NCBI GenBank assembly: GCA_016906335.1
Contig: JADEYG010000012.1
Span: forward strand, 1,054,001-1,118,000
Source of the DNA: Novakomyces olei
Taxonomy: Eukaryota
Length of the DNA: 64,000 nt
Direction: 5' to 3'
Shown: piece after piece, positions 1 through 16,400 of the stretch
How the letters are laid out: every line of letters starts with the position of its first letter
Numbering within the stretch: the stretch's first letter is position 1
The notes under the pieces: model-generated
The model's database searches: none
The model's input: the letters and a program-made list of their open reading frames with translations, nothing else
What the model was told of the DNA's origin: nothing
Translations under genes and position numbers: made by a program

Positions 1-1063
1 TACTTTTGTATCGTTATTTTGAGTGCGTTATTTTTGCGATCGTTAAAGATGAGCCCGCAATAATCGAGCCCGCAACCAATAATTTGTAAGCACATATATC
101 CTCATAAACATAGAGCACAGTCAAGTAACACAGAACTCTATGTGCTGGGATGAGCAAGTAATGAGGTATCATGCCCTCAGGTGTAGTAGTCCTTGCGGTT
201 TCCCGATTTGGCCGTTCGTGACAATTATTGGCCAATAGCGAACGCGTTTGCGTAGACCTCGGCCGACAAAGAGCAACAACATCCACGACTGAAGGATTGC
301 AATTGGTCTTTATACACAAAGAGTTCTTCAAGTGTGCCTCACAAAGACGCTTATCTCACAGCAATTGGCGAACTGGCTCTTAGATCTGTGCAGTATATTA
401 ATGTTCACCGCCACTGACACGTGCCTACGTGGGTAGAGTCACCTTGGACTGAACTGATATAAAGTCAGGGTCAAATCCAAAAGGGCTTTTACCTGCCCTA
501 TATGACTTTAAACTAATTTGGGAAAGACCGTAATTAGTGAATGTTATACTGTAGGAACGATGGAATATGCGAAATGTAATGGCGCTGCATACTTTAATCA
601 ACACCGCAGCTGCCGAAGGAGTAAGCTCATTGTTTACTGCCTTTGATACAAAGAATACTTTTTCAAATTTAAAGACTATTTAATTCCAAATCGCTTAATT
701 TCAAACTGTTTGACTTTGAAACTATTGGATTTCTCTACCGCCGGTACGGCTCGACTGAAACGTGTTTAGCCAGACAATCGAGCCCTATTGCTTTAATCTG
801 CTTGTCGATTGCGTAACGTAAGACAGTATATTGTATACCACTCGGCAAGTAAATAAAGGTTTATATACAATAACTGGTAGTTAAAACTGTCCAGCGTTAA
901 AAATTTGTATGTACAAGTATAGCCATATAAATCTTATTATACGATTTCCACTATATTATGCGCAAATTAATGTCTATCATACTCATTATTGTTCCTACTA
1001 TAATAATATATCTGTTTGTGATTCCGTGCCTTGTATCTTTGACTTGCGAGGAGCGTCTTCAAC

Positions 1064-2845
<1,782 letters not shown>

Positions 2846-3476
2846 ACCCCGCTTTGAATCACTTTGTTTTAGTTATACAGTAGTATTATTTTGAATCAAT
2901 CAATGTACAATGACACATACTTGATTATGGCAAATGCAAATAACATTTCAGCTCTAGCTTTACCATTGCCATTTCTTTCCTCCATTGCCTTTGATCTGTA
3001 CATATTGGATGCATATTATATTGATCGAGAGAATTGCTCCAGGCAGATTTTATAAACACTATTCCAATCTCCGCGGCAGAAGCAAAGTAATCGGCCTGTA
3101 AAAAAGTGCCAAACCGCGAGTGCCAATTGGGGCATAAACATTATTCAATCGACTGCCTCAGATGTCTCTACATCTAATTTGCATATAGGATTACTTGTGA
3201 CTATTATCTGAGCTGATAGGAATTATAGTCCACATTGCTGGAAAGGGTGATTTATCCAACGCGTCACAGATGATCAACGAACCATTCTGGTCTTTTACTA
3301 TTGACGGCACAATTAAGAGCAATACCGATCGCAGTTCACTTTGTACCTACTTTGCATTATTGGATTTATTTTCCTCTTAATTTTTGGTTTTTTTTTTCCG
3401 TCTTTTTTAAAAAAAAATTGCTTGGATTGAAGGCGATTCGGAATACATTTGAAGGCCGAGTGAGACCTTGCGACCA

Positions 3477-6013
3477 ATGCCAAACGAACATGGAACTGTG
3501 GTGGCGGTAGTAGTGGCCGGCTTGTAAGTATAGTCTGGAGAAAGAGCAAACAAAAAAAGGACAAATCATAAAGCGGCAAACAAGATCTAATCAATCGGTC
3601 GAAGAAACAAGGCAAAGTGTCGAAAATTCCAGCTGACAGATACAGCCATCATGCTCGTGGTCCGGAAGTCGAATACGTATATCCACCTGTGGAAGAAATC
3701 CCCAAGGAATGGAGTCTTTTGCCATTCATGGCTTTGCCGGATGGTGCTCATATGGTATGAGCTGCCAAGTGTATAGTGCTTCAGGCTCTCATTAATGTGT
3801 AGAATGAACAGGATTTCTCCTATTTTACTGTCAGAAATCATTTGTTTGCAAAGGATCCTGAGCACGAGGCGCCAACACTTTTTGGCCTTTCTTGCAGTCG
3901 ACAATTGCGGTCACTGGAGCTGAAAGTTAGGCCCGCCGATGTTACGAGGAGTACGATACAAAAGTCAGTAATTGCTCTTTTCCGCGCACCTGTGGCGGGA
4001 CCAGTGAGGGATAAGCTCGGCGTAGTTACACAGGTCTACTTTCAGCAGCATGACTTTGAAAATAGAGAGATATTGGTGGTACGTTGGCAGTTTATATTTT
4101 GATTGATCGATAAATGAATGGTTTTGCTCTGCTCAATCTTTGCTTGACACTATTAGTATTGATATCCGGAGCTGAATTTATTTTATTCTAAATCGATTTC
4201 TTCTCCTTTATATACAACTTATTTAGATCTTTGCTTTCTCTTGACTTTTGCGCGTTCGACGTCTGTACTAATCAGGTCTAATTTTCAGAGCTTTTATGAC
4301 TCTTTGGTCGAACTCTTTTCCCGAGCTCTGCAATCCGATGATCTGCGTCTTGGAATACCCCTGCGGGAACTAGTACACAAGTTTCGACAAAACACTCTTG
4401 TCTTGGTCAAGGCAATGCTTTTAGGAAAGAAGGTTTGCCATCATTATAATGAATAATGCATACATTATATCTTTATTTCTTTACTTCTTTGCTTCTTTGC
4501 TTATATAATAAGCTTTACTGATATAAAGATCTTGTTTTACGGATCCAAAACAGAAACGCTCTGCACTGTACAATACTCGTTGCTTTCACTAATACCCGGC
4601 TTACTTTCCGCCCTCGATGATTGCTGTGATCCAGAGTTTGATACGTTGGACACAAAAAGGACCAAGTCTACTTCCCTACAATCGAGCAATCACGAAAGCG
4701 TACTGAGCTTCTTTGGTTTCCCCTTCCATCTGTTCTCAAAAGGCCTGTTTTTTGGCCCCTATACGCCTTTGCAACGTATGGATGTGGTGGACAGTCCGGA
4801 CACACAAGGTTTTATGATTGGCTGTACTAATTCTCTATTTACCCAGCATCAGTCTGGAAGCAAACAGGCTCATGCACAAATATTGGTTGATGTGGATAAT
4901 GCGGCAGTTTCAGTATTTGATCTCTCAATAAAACCATCGCTTCAATTATCGTCGGCAGATAGGTCCTGGATTGCGGAACTGGTTTCCGCAGTAGATGAGT
5001 CCTGGCAGAGCGAGGCGGGTGATGGCGATGGCAGCGATTACCAACCAGTGGCGACTCAATTTTATGGAAGTGACGAGTTTATTTATGCTCAATTTGAAAA
5101 GTATTTAATGGCCTTGTGCTCATGTTTAAAGTACCAAATGTATTTGGCAAGCCACGAACCAGCTAAGCAGCTTTTAGGCACTGCTGAACAGCAGCAAAAC
5201 AGAAGGGAAGGGCTACTAGATTTCAATATGCAATGGGTAGAGGCCTGGAAGCAAACTGATTCCTTTAGGCATTGGAACGCTCTTTCTCACTTGGAGCTGT
5301 TTGATCTAGTGGAGCCAAGGCATCCTGCAGTTGAACGGCACTCAACGCTCGAAGAGTTTGGTCAGAGGATGTCACAGCAAGTACAGGATTTAAAATTAGA
5401 CGAAAAAGCTGCACGCACCCGTGGCGCTATTCTCCGTGGTGGACAGCGTCTTCAATCTGCCATTCACGGATTCTGGAGTGATAAACGAAAGGACGATGAA
5501 AAGGAAGGCGATGATACTGTAAATGACAAGAGTGCAAGTGATACTGAACTGTATGAGGATAAACCGAGTCAGGATAGTACAGGAAAGGAGGCAAATGCAG
5601 AGCCTTCGTCTACTGAAACAAAGTCACAAAAGAGCGGCTGGCCTTTAAAGGCGAGTTCATACATGTCTTCATGGGCCAATTGGGCCTCGGGTGAAAAAAG
5701 GGCGCAACGCTCAGCAGCCGCCGGTACAAAGGCAGAAGATGAGCAAGGAGGCGAAGAAATTGGAGGGAAGAGTGAAGATGAGGGCGAGAACAGCGTTACA
5801 GATAAGGATAGAGACATTGAAGCCGAAAAGGAAAAAGAAGATGGAAAAGAAGAGCAGGAACCTGGTTCAGAATTGAATGAATGGGGCAAAGTAGCCGACA
5901 CGAAAGCTCGCAATTCTCTCGAAAATCACAACAGTCTCGGTGACATTGACAAAAGTGAAGGCGGCAACAAGCCGGATGACAGAGAGCCGGCAGACTCGCC
6001 GAGCCGAGATTGA
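3477..6013 (+). CDS. AVL9: AVL9-family (DENN-like) late secretory protein, multi-exon, with acidic disordered C-terminus
   Basis: Exon 1 MPNEHGTVVAVVVAGF splices to HHARGPEVEYVYP...WSLLPFMALPDGAH. Later exons contain TLFGLSCSRQL, RSTIQKSV, LRELVHKFRQNTLVLVKAMLL, QYSLLSLIPGL, FFGPYTPLQ and GSDEFI. Confidence 0.9.
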
Positions 6014-6314
6014 AAGCAGATACAACCCCAACTAACCCTGAGATGAGCCTGCTCAATATATGATACAATACAGTATAGCAATTAATTGAACGAGTTGTAA
6101 ATAAGAAATAAATAATAATAGTTTCAATATACACGGACACATACATGCTTTCAACATATTCACATTAAGCTCAAATTCAGTCTAATTCTAGGCTTTTATT
6201 AACGGCTCTTCTTTTCATCGTCCTTTTCCCAACATCTCTCATCTATCCTTCAAGCCCTTTTTTGTTTTTTGTCTAGAGTCCGGGAGCGTTACGGGATCAA
6301 TCATTCTTGTCACA

Positions 6315-7320
6315 TCAACTATTATTTTTGAACAGATTTGGCAGGATACTGCGTAATTGTTTGACGTCGCTCACGACTAGTTCAATCCCGTCATTAGGCG
6401 TAGAATGCGTTTGCTGGTACTGAGGTTCGTGGACAAACACGTTTGTCTTCCACCCAAAGGCGATACCGGCTTTGATGTTTAATGCCGAATCGTCGATAAA
6501 ATGGCATTTGCTCTTGTCGGTAATATCGGCCTCAAGCATCGCCTTTTCGTACGCAGCCACTTAAATATCAGTCGTTACTGTTGTTGAAAATTCGCAATAT
6601 AAAATATATAAAATACAAAAATATAATGGTAGGAATAAATAGTAGAATCGGCAACTTACACTGTGGTTTTGTCAGGAACTCGGCATTCCCGTAATCGCAG
6701 TACGTAATTCCTTCAAACAAATCATCAACTCCCAACAATTTTAGGCACCGCTTTGCGTGTGTAATGTAGGCATTCGTGAAAATCCACCGTTTGCATTTAG
6801 TCGAGTCGATATCTTGAAGGAAACTCCGCAGCTCTGGATCAGGTTTCAGTACCTCGTCTAAAGGCAATGCCTGATCGACGTGACGATCATAGTGCAGAGC
6901 GTCTATACAAAAGGTTATTAGCATTTCAGCAATGAAAAAACAGACTGGCCTAATGGAAATATAGACAAAAATAAAAAATAAAAAGAAAAGTTGCGATCCA
7001 ATCTTTATGCAAATTATCCATCGTAAGCCCATCTGATCGTACCAATTTTATGATGCAAGACCAGCCCTTTCAATGCAAGCCCATAATCCTTGTAATACCG
7101 GTCTAACAAATTGTGTGCGTCTTCCGCTGAGCCCTTGATATTATTGACAAAATAAGCCCGGATCTTGTCGACCATCAAATCGTGGATTTGGAGGCCCTTT
7201 GAGTATAGTGTGTTATCGAGATCTAAAACATTGCGGTTGAGGATTAGTCGGGATACGAATTGGGAAAAGGCAATTAGAAGCATTTATACCGAAAAATATG
7301 ACCTCGCGTGTTTCTGACAT
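6315..7320 (-). CDS. SDT1: HAD-superfamily pyrimidine 5'-nucleotidase (Sdt1/Phm8-like), multi-exon
   Basis: Spliced MSETREVIFF-DLDNTLY (DxD motif I), YYKDYGLALKGLV, WIFTNAYITHA, GITYCDY, KP and FIDDS (motif IV). Confidence 0.88.
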
Positions 7321-7573
7321 TGTCAACGCGTTTAATTGCTGACGCGATTGATCGGTTTCGGGTCCGAAACGTTGACGTGCTTCTTATCTCGATTATCGAT
7401 CTTATCCCATAACTATCCAGATTCTGTATTTATTATAGCGCGGGTTTAATTTCATACGGAGGTGGAACCTGTTTGGACGAGATCACGTGCGTGTTAATGG
7501 GCTAATATTAATGTTAGTAGGCTTTAGTAAAATTAATACGAACAAGATAAACAAGATAAAACAAGAATGAATG

Positions 7574-7731
<158 letters not shown>

Positions 7732-8076
7732 GCCTTTAGGGAAAAGGTCTACTGAATCATATCCAGGAAGGCTGCTTACAATTTCATGATCGAAGAAGCG
7801 TAATATTTATACGATTTTATTAAATTGAACCGTGCGCTATGGGAGCAGACCTGCTGATTACCCAAAACCATTTATATATCTAAATCCAATGGTTGCTGAA
7901 ATCTCAAATAGACGGCTGAAAAAGAGCAAAATCGAGACCGGAATTTGCCAGAAATTTAAAACCAAAACGAAATAGAACTAAAAAACACAACAACAACATG
8001 TGTATCATATGCTTGGGCTGTATAAATAGTGCAAAAAATATATGCAAAAGGTATTTCTCGAATGTCAGCGCATCTT

Positions 8077-8469
8077 TTAACCGTCCAGAGTGAAAATTGT
8101 AGGGGCCTCCTCTATAAGATGCTGCAGCACGATGTTTTTCGTATTCATGTCTGCGATTTCCCTCGCTCCGGTACGATCGCGTACAATAGTGGGTGCAAAA
8201 ACGACAGCAAGGTTTCGTGAATTCATCTGTCAATGTCAGCATGCAGACTTTTCCCAAAATAACAAATAAATAAATAAACAAAAAAAAGCCATACCAGATT
8301 CTTCTTTTCATGACGGGCCACTTCCGATAAATGAAGCATTAAATACTGAAGAGTAATTCTATGCTCTAGTGGAAAATGTGCAAGAACTTGTTGCATTTGC
8401 TTGATAAACTTTGAGCGATCCCGGGTAGCTGTTTAGTGTTAGAATTGCAAAACTGATTCGAGTTATAAA

Positions 8470-8502
<33 letters not shown>

Positions 8503-11500
8503 TAAAAACAATAACCATGGCGTACCACTTCCACAGGCAAGAAACTTGTCATAGAGCTCAAAAGGAATAAGAGGCTCTATTAGCCGGCGGAGATACTGTT
8601 TCAAGATAGAGGTAACAGCCGCGATATCTTCAATAATATCCTCAGGCTGAACGTTACCAGCTTCAAATGTTTCCTGAATATTTCGCATCTGTGAGGCTCC
8701 TCCCGACTTCCTGTATATCCCCTCACAATCCATCCCGCGGTTTTCCACCTCGGTGACACAAACCGTTACAATTGACGGTATCTCCCGTGCCTCAGCACGA
8801 CAATGGCGAACAAGCATCCCACCAAATAGCTCGTTGTGCTGCTGTTGTTGCACATCTTCAGGTAAGCCAGTGACGTCACTGGCAGTGTCGAGTGGTTTAG
8901 CATGCGGCTTACCATTGAAACCACGTGGAGATCGGCCCGACCGGAAATCCGAACCGTCGGTAGAGGTGGAGAGGTAGATGTTGAGGCCGTTTGTGGAAAC
9001 GGATCTGAGAGGCGTAGCGTTTGATTGGTGGTCATTGCCCCATAATTTATTCAAACCTTTCACCGTCTGGAACCCCTTGACCGCCTCCTTTGTCTTGCTC
9101 ATCCCCCGTCTCCAATTGAAACGGCTCACGTGCGAATTAGAGCTGTTTGTGGTAGTGTTGGTGCTGTTTCCAGTACCACTTGGAGCAATATCAGACTCCC
9201 CTCCACGGCTGGACACGTGGGACAGGGTATCAAACTCTGCCGTTGTATTCGGCGAGCTGTGGGCAAAATTGGCGTCTGGACTGGGGTAGGTGCCTACATC
9301 AGCCACTGGCAGCCTTTTCCCTGCTTTGCTGCCATTCACACTGAGCGCAGAGCTCTTTGCTGCACTGCTTTCCTTTACTGCCTCGTCGTCTACGGCAGCG
9401 GGAGTAGTGGCCGTCGACCTGAACCTGTCCTGGATCTGCCGAGTTAACTCGTCGTTTATTTTAATCAGCTGCGACTGCTTGGCGTCCAGGTGAGCAATTT
9501 CCTTGCGCATAGAGCCCACCAGCCTGCGGAGCTGTGACACTTGCTCGTGGTGGTCCAAACGGTCTTTGGCAAGTCGGTTCAGGTCCTCCTTGTACTCCAA
9601 TTTAACCCTATCCAGCCGCTTTTGTAGGGTTATTATAGCAATAGCGTCAATGTCCCGAGCGGCAGCGTACTGACCAGAATACTGACCAGACTGACCAGAC
9701 TGACCAGAATACTGACCAGCGTCCTCTGTCGAGTAGATCCTGAGCGCACTTGTCTCTGCTGTCGCATTCACATACATTTCTTCCAGCTCTACGATTCTAT
9801 GCTTGTACTGCTGTGTCTGTGCTCCAGTGTACTCTTCGTCCCGGCAATGAGCCTCTGCCATTAACTGGTTGACCAATTGCTCACTCGCCCGTAACTGATC
9901 CCGTAAACTGTCCCTCTCCAAGTCGCGTGGAGTGCCTGTCAGACTGCCAAGGCCGACCGTGAGCTTGCTTATCTTTGGCGTCCTTGGCGATTTCGATTCT
10001 GAGCCTGTACTATGGCTGACGCTATTGTTGTTGTTGCTGACCCCGTCGCTCTGACTCCGTTTGTGCCTTATACTCAGTGCATGCGATAGTTTAGAGGCGG
10101 CCGAGGCTGCACGCGAGTGTGACTTTACTGCCGGTTTTTCTTCTCCGCCACTTGACTCGGGCGAATGGACAGGTTTAATGCTGCCATTGTTATATGGAGA
10201 AAGAGCTCCTGCTCCTGCTCCTGTTCCTGTTCCTGCTCCTGCTCCTCCAGTGCCAAACAGATCAGAGTTCATTGCCGCAAAAATATGACGAAGGTCTCCC
10301 AGACCAACGTCATCAGAGCCAGCTGCAAGCGTGCTTGAAAAGACGGTATTCGGAGAAGCAGTCTGAGAAACAAAGCCTTCAGAAGGCTGGGTCTTGCCCT
10401 GAAATTGAGGAGCAGGAGACAGTAGAGTCCTTGGAGCAGGCGGAGAAGGAAAGCGAGCCGCCTCTTCCGTATGTGTTGCTGCTGACCGTTGAGACATTGC
10501 GAGGTTGGGAGTAGGCAAGGCCGTGGAAGACGATCTGGATCTGTTGGGAGTCGTCTGCTTTGAGAAATCAGAGCGTTCAGAAGGCACACGGGCATCCTGA
10601 TCAGATTGAGCAGGCAGAGATGAGTACTTGCCTGCTGACAGTTTGCTCTCCATTTTGCTCTCCATTTTGCTCTCCATTTTGTTTTCCATTTTGCTCTCCA
10701 TTTTGCTCTCCAGACTCGATTTGCTAGAGGAGCCGTTTTCAATTTCCTGAGGGTTCAAGCCGAGTTTGGGCTCCCGTTCTTTTTGCACCCCTTTTTCCGA
10801 CAGGTTGGTCTCTGCCACGCTTTCGTGTGGGAGGCTATCTTTGTGTAAAGGGCTGCCAGAGGGGTATGATTGGGGTTGCTCTATACCGGCTCCGAATGGG
10901 GCCAAGGAAGCCTTCTCGCTAAGAGCAGCAGATGCATTTTTGACTTCTTGCGGGACCTTTTCCGCTGGATTATTGCTTTCAGCCGAATCAGACACAGCGT
11001 TCTGTGTATCCCTGCCTTGCGCGACACCCACCGTTACGCTAGGGCTGAACTCCATTGAAATTACTTGCTGTTGAAGCGTGCTTTCCGACGCAGATTGCAC
11101 TATCGAGGGCGAAGATATTTCGGAAACCATTGGTGAGCCAGATTTGTTTGGGGTCGAATATCTTTCCTGCTGCTTATGACCAAGATTGCCCTGTTGAAGA
11201 GTAAGCACGCGCACCAGAAAAAAAAAAAAAAAAAAAAAAAAAAGGTTGAAAACAATAACAAGAATATAGTGAATAAACAATACATATGATAAAGAAAGCA
11301 TAAAGAGCCAAGAGATGAAATTGACGTAGTCCAAAAGTAAATGGGTAATTAAACAAGTCAATAAGGTAAACGCAACATACTGCTTCAGTAGAAGACTCGG
11401 AGCTATGCCGCGGAAGATCAGGTAGGACCTTTTCACGGGTATTAATAGCGTTTTGTCCACCATTTGTGTTGCCGCTATTTGTGCGAGAAGCCTTTGGTCG

Positions 11501-12525
11501 CCCTCGTGTTTTCGCTACTCGTTCATTATGGCAGTTGATACAGTATATGGCATTGCGTGATCGAGCAAACACTTGGTCTTCAATTTTAACACGGCATTTT
11601 GCACAGCAAAAGCACTCGGCGTGATAAGACTCGTCACCTAAAAGTAAGACTATAGAACAAAAATGTGAAACGGATAAAAACGAGGGATTGAAAGGAAAAG
11701 GATGCGAAACGTATTAATACGTTCGTCAGGAAAAGGCAGTAGATCAGCATTTTTAAACGCGAAATGGAATATTGCTGAAATGTGAGTATATACCTGTCAT
11801 GACAACATAATCCTCAATTTGTTTACCGCAAGCTTGGCATCGATAGTAGCAAGACTGACAAATTGGATTTCCATCGCCTAAAAGAAGAAGATCTGAATTT
11901 TGGCCGACAACTTCCCGGCATCGAGCACATTTAAAACTAGACGCAATGCCGCAAGTCAGACGGTGTATAGACAGTATTATTTAATCTTACCAAGCAGTAT
12001 GCCAAATATGCTCACCAAAAGCGACTACTTGGCCTTCACGAATAGTCTTGATAATGTTAGCGATTACATTACTCGAATTTAATTGGAACAACACGAATCA
12101 ATAACGTAACGGCTGGAAAATGAAGAATAAAAAATATGCAAGCCAATGGTGCGAAATCAAAGAATAAAGCAAGACAAAAGATAAAGCAAGACAAAGGATA
12201 AAGAAAAGACAAAAGCATTGATAATGCACAACACTCGACAGCCAACCATAGAATGCAACATGAATCATTAAAAGACAGTACAAAGAGACAAGAGACAAGA
12301 GCCAAGGAAAACACCCAAGAAGCAAAAAGACGATTAAAAAATAAGATAAAAACTCACGCGTTTACAGCCATTGCAAACAGGCTCTGGCTCAGACGCTGGC
12401 TGCTGTAGTGCATCGCCACCAGAAATATGTGAGTGTGGTGCAGACGAAGCTTGCAGAGCAATCTGGCTGCTATCTCGCTTCGAATTTTGAGCCAGAGCTT
12501 CTGAAGCACGGTGCCCAGCCAGCAT
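8077..12525 (-). CDS. LIM-LIM / coiled-coil / RhoGAP protein (Rga1/Rga2- or Rga3/Rga4-like), multi-exon
   Basis: N-terminal exons encode two LIM domains (CNGCKR...IWHTAC, CQACGKQIED...YHAECFCCAKC...YCINCH). The C-terminal RhoGAP reads IPSIVTVCVTEVENRGMDCEGIYRKSG, SILKQYLRRLIEPLIP, KNL-MNSRNLAVVFAPT, with stop at 8077-8079. The start ATG at 12525 is inferred from an in-frame stop upstream. Confidence 0.88.
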
Positions 12526-13011
12526 CTGGTCCAGGTGCCGGCTGGCACGAATATCACGCGGTATACTTGAAGCCAGCGTGGACTATACGCTGCTCAATAC
12601 TTGCAAGAATCCACGAGTGGCAATCAGAGTCGACGAGTGCCCAAGCGTATGGTCAAACCTTCAAGATGTTGCGACAAGATTAGCGCGTTTTTCTTTCTCT
12701 TTTTCCCAATTTCTTTCCCTATTTCACGCAGGCCTGCAAATCCCCGTACAAAGGCTTGCATACACGCGTCAAATACGTCAATGAAAGCGCAGCAACTTTA
12801 TGCCGTACAGTATGAGCGTGGATGCTTGCACATTCGACGCGGGCGTTGCCTGAAGACGTGGAGCGGTGCAGAGAAATATAGTATGATGAACGAGCAAAAG
12901 TGTAATTTTAATTAAACAATCAACATTGTATATATAAGGAAGTAATTAAATATATATAATTACTCTATCGTGCAGAAAATGGAGATGTATAATGAAATGG
13001 TAACAATAATT

Positions 13012-13187
13012 CAATAATTACAATAATTACAATAATTACAATAATTACAATAATTACAATAATTACAATAATTACAATAATTACAATAATTACAATAATT
13101 ACAATAATTACAATAATTACAATAATTACAATAATTACAATAATTACAATAATTACAATAATTACAATAATTACAATAATTACAATA
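13012..13187. repeat. 9-bp tandem repeat (CAATAATTA)n, about 19 copies
   Basis: Perfect array in the divergent intergenic region between the RhoGAP and XRN2 genes. Confidence 0.97.
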
Positions 13188-13418
13188 CATGTGCAACATC
13201 TGAGGAGGCAAATTCAAATTACGGATTCCATATCTAAGGACGCGCAGAACCGCACTTTCCTCGTCAATCTGCCGGCAAATATTTCGCTTCACTGCGACAT
13301 GCATTATTGCACATAAACTTGCTGGCGATTTAGATTGCCGCTGTGGCAAAAACCAATTATAATTCAATTCGAACCGATCTGAAAAAGACTTGCAATTTTG
13401 CAATAAATTTGCTGCACT

Positions 13419-16400
13419 ATGGGCGTCCCCGGTAAGTATTCGCCTGGCTCTGAGCCTAAACACGGCAAATATAGTGCTGCGACTAACACGCTCTAGCCTT
13501 TTTCCGGTTTTTGTCAAAAAAGTACCCAAATATTATTTCACAGGTACAGGAGAAGCACCCACAGCCGTTACCCGATGGCACATTTGCTCCGGTCAATTTT
13601 TCGGAGCCTAATCCGTTAGGCGAAGAGATAGATAATCTCTACCTCGACATGAACGGCATCGTGCATCCTTGTTCTCACCCGGAGGATAAGCCGCCGCCAG
13701 AAACAGAGGACGATATGATGCTGGAAGTTTTCAGCTATACAGAGCGTATTCTAGGGATGGTACGGCCGCGGAAACTGCTCATGATTGCCGTTGATGGTGT
13801 TGCGCCTCGGGCTAAGATGAACCAGCAACGGTCCCGTCGTTTTCGATCGGCACAGGAGGCAGATCAGAAGAATCGGGATATTCAGGACATGATCCAGCAG
13901 CTCCAGTCAGAAGGAATTGCGGTTGATAATGATGCACTGAACAAAAAGAGCTGGGATAGCAATGCTATTACTCCAGGAACGCCGTTTATGGATATTCTTG
14001 CTGCTGCTCTCAGGTACTGGGTCGTATCGAAACTGAATAACGATCCAGTCTGGAAAGATTTGAAGATTATCATCTCTGATGCCTCGGTGCCGGGCGAGGG
14101 TGAGCATAAGATTATGAACTTTATCCGCTCTCAGCGTACCAGTGCGTCCCATGATCCGAATACGCGACACGTTATTTACGGGCTTGATGCCGATCTTATT
14201 ATGCTTGGTCTGGCCACGCATGAACCCCACTTTAGAGTGCTTCGGGAAGACGTGTTCTTCCAGACTGGCAATTCTAGAAAGGACAAGAATACAGAGCTAC
14301 GTGAATCGCTGATTGCTAAACCGAAGCAGCAACAGCCGCAGCAGCCGCAAAATCACGTCAAGAAGCCTTTTATATGGCTGCATGTCCCTATTTTGCGAGA
14401 GTATTTAGAAGCCGAGCTTTTCGTACCCGGTTTGCCATTCGCCTATAATTTCGAGAGAAGCATTGACGATTTCATTTTTTTCAATTTTTTTGTGGGCAAC
14501 GATTTCCTGCCTCACTTGCCGAGTCTCGACATCCGTGAGGGTGCGATTGATACGCTGATTGAGCTATGGAAACGGCTGCTTCCGTCTATGGGCGGCTACG
14601 TTACACACGATGGCCAAATTGATTTGAGTCGGGCAGAGATGATTCTTCGAGCGCTTGGAGAAAAAGAGGATTCAATTTTTGAAAGGCGAAAGCAGCGGGA
14701 GGACAGGGCTGAAGCACAGCGAAACAATGGGCCGTACAATGGTAATCGAAATAATTATAGTAACAGTGCACCACAAGTCCAATCTGTACCTCCAGTCGTC
14801 ACAGCGAGTCCGGCAACGAGCGCTGATGGATCAAAGCCAAAGAAACGGAAAAAGAACGCTCCTCCCTCACCGCCTTCTGATTTGCAAGCGATTGGTACGC
14901 GTACGTCTTTGAGTCAAATGACCCGTATAAATCGGGATTTAGCAAACAATCGTGCCGCGGATCGATTAGGAATTGCACAGCAGACTGGCGAGGCCAATAA
15001 AAGCGCAGCTGCAGCTCTGCGTGCGCGTTTAAACCCTAAAGCTTCGCAAGGTGAAGGTGTCCAGGGCGCAATCGATACGATTGTAAATAAACGGAAACTG
15101 GAAACAGACACTACTGAATCGGATCAAGAACCTGTAGAGCCATCTTTATCCGTTGCTCAAGCAGATGCTAAGGAAGAGTCTAAAGAAGAGTCTAAAGAAG
15201 AGTCTAAAGAAGAGTCTAAAGAAGAGTCTAAAGAAGAGTCTAAAGAAGAGTCTAAAGAAGAGTCTAAAGAAGAGTCTAAAGAAGAGTCTAAAGAAGAGTC
15301 TAAAGAAGGGGATTCTATAGACGAAACTGCCACTGGTCTAGGAGACGACGATGAGGATGATCAGCCTCCGTTGGACGATGTGAGACTCTATGAGCCTGGA
15401 TACAAGGAGAGGTACTATCAGTCCAAGTTCGAAATCAGCCCGGACGACTCTGAAAAGAAGCGTCATATTATACGCACCTATGTAGAGGGCTTTTCCTGGG
15501 TCCTACTCTACTACTACCAAGGCTGTCCGTCTTGGACTTGGTTCTATCCTTATCATTATGCACCTTTTGCTTCTGATTTTGAAAATTTATCAGAGTTTAA
15601 TATCGAATTTGATCTCGGTCAACCGTTCAAACCCTTTGAGCAGCTACTTGGTGTTTTGCCAGCGGCCAGCAAGGAGTTTCTTCCACCACTGCTTGGGGAT
15701 TTAATGACTAGCGAAAAGTCAAAGATTATTGACTTTTACCCCAAAGATTTCCAGATTGATTTGAACGGCAAAAAGTTTATGTGGCAGGGTGTTGCCCTTC
15801 TGCCGTTCATAGATGAAGCTCGGCTGTTGGAAGCAGCACGCGAAGTGTACCCGCAACTTTCGTCCGAGGAACTGCGAAGAAACGCCGAAGGCCACAATTT
15901 CCTTTGCTTTTCGGGAGCTAATCCTCTTTACGATTATTTTGCGAAGCTTTTGTACAAAAAGGACTATGATTCAAAGGTAAGGGATAAATTTAAAAAAAGA
16001 AAGAAAGTCGGACTGCTCAACAATAAATAAAATCAACTGATTAAATTGATTGATTAAATCAAATAATGAATAAAACTTCAAAGAAAAGGCCAATAATCAA
16101 ATCAAAGTGGGTTTGAATTTTGCGTACTAACTGTTCTCTAGTATACGAGTATCCCTACATCCAAATCACAGGGACTGAGCGGGTTAGTGGCTCGGGACCT
16201 CGACTGTATACCAAACAGCTGTATTCGGTTCCCCCTGAATGCAAAAGAAATGCTGCCCGACGTTCCAAACGATACAAGTATGAGTGTTTATTATGAGCTG
16301 CCAACGTCGCAACATGCGCATCAATCTAGGCTTCTTAAAGGTGTCAAATTGCCACCGCAAAGTTTATCGCGCTACGAGCTGGATATGATTCGTAATCGTA

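Noticed and set aside
1..1000. 105-aa minus ORF and a U2-like GTGTAGTA word at 181
   Set aside because: The ORF has a non-ATG start and no homology cues, and the flanks do not match U2 snRNA.
13011..13529. 172-aa minus-strand ORF ending in (YCN)n
   Set aside because: It is a translation of the 9-bp tandem repeat and overlaps the XRN2 start antisense.
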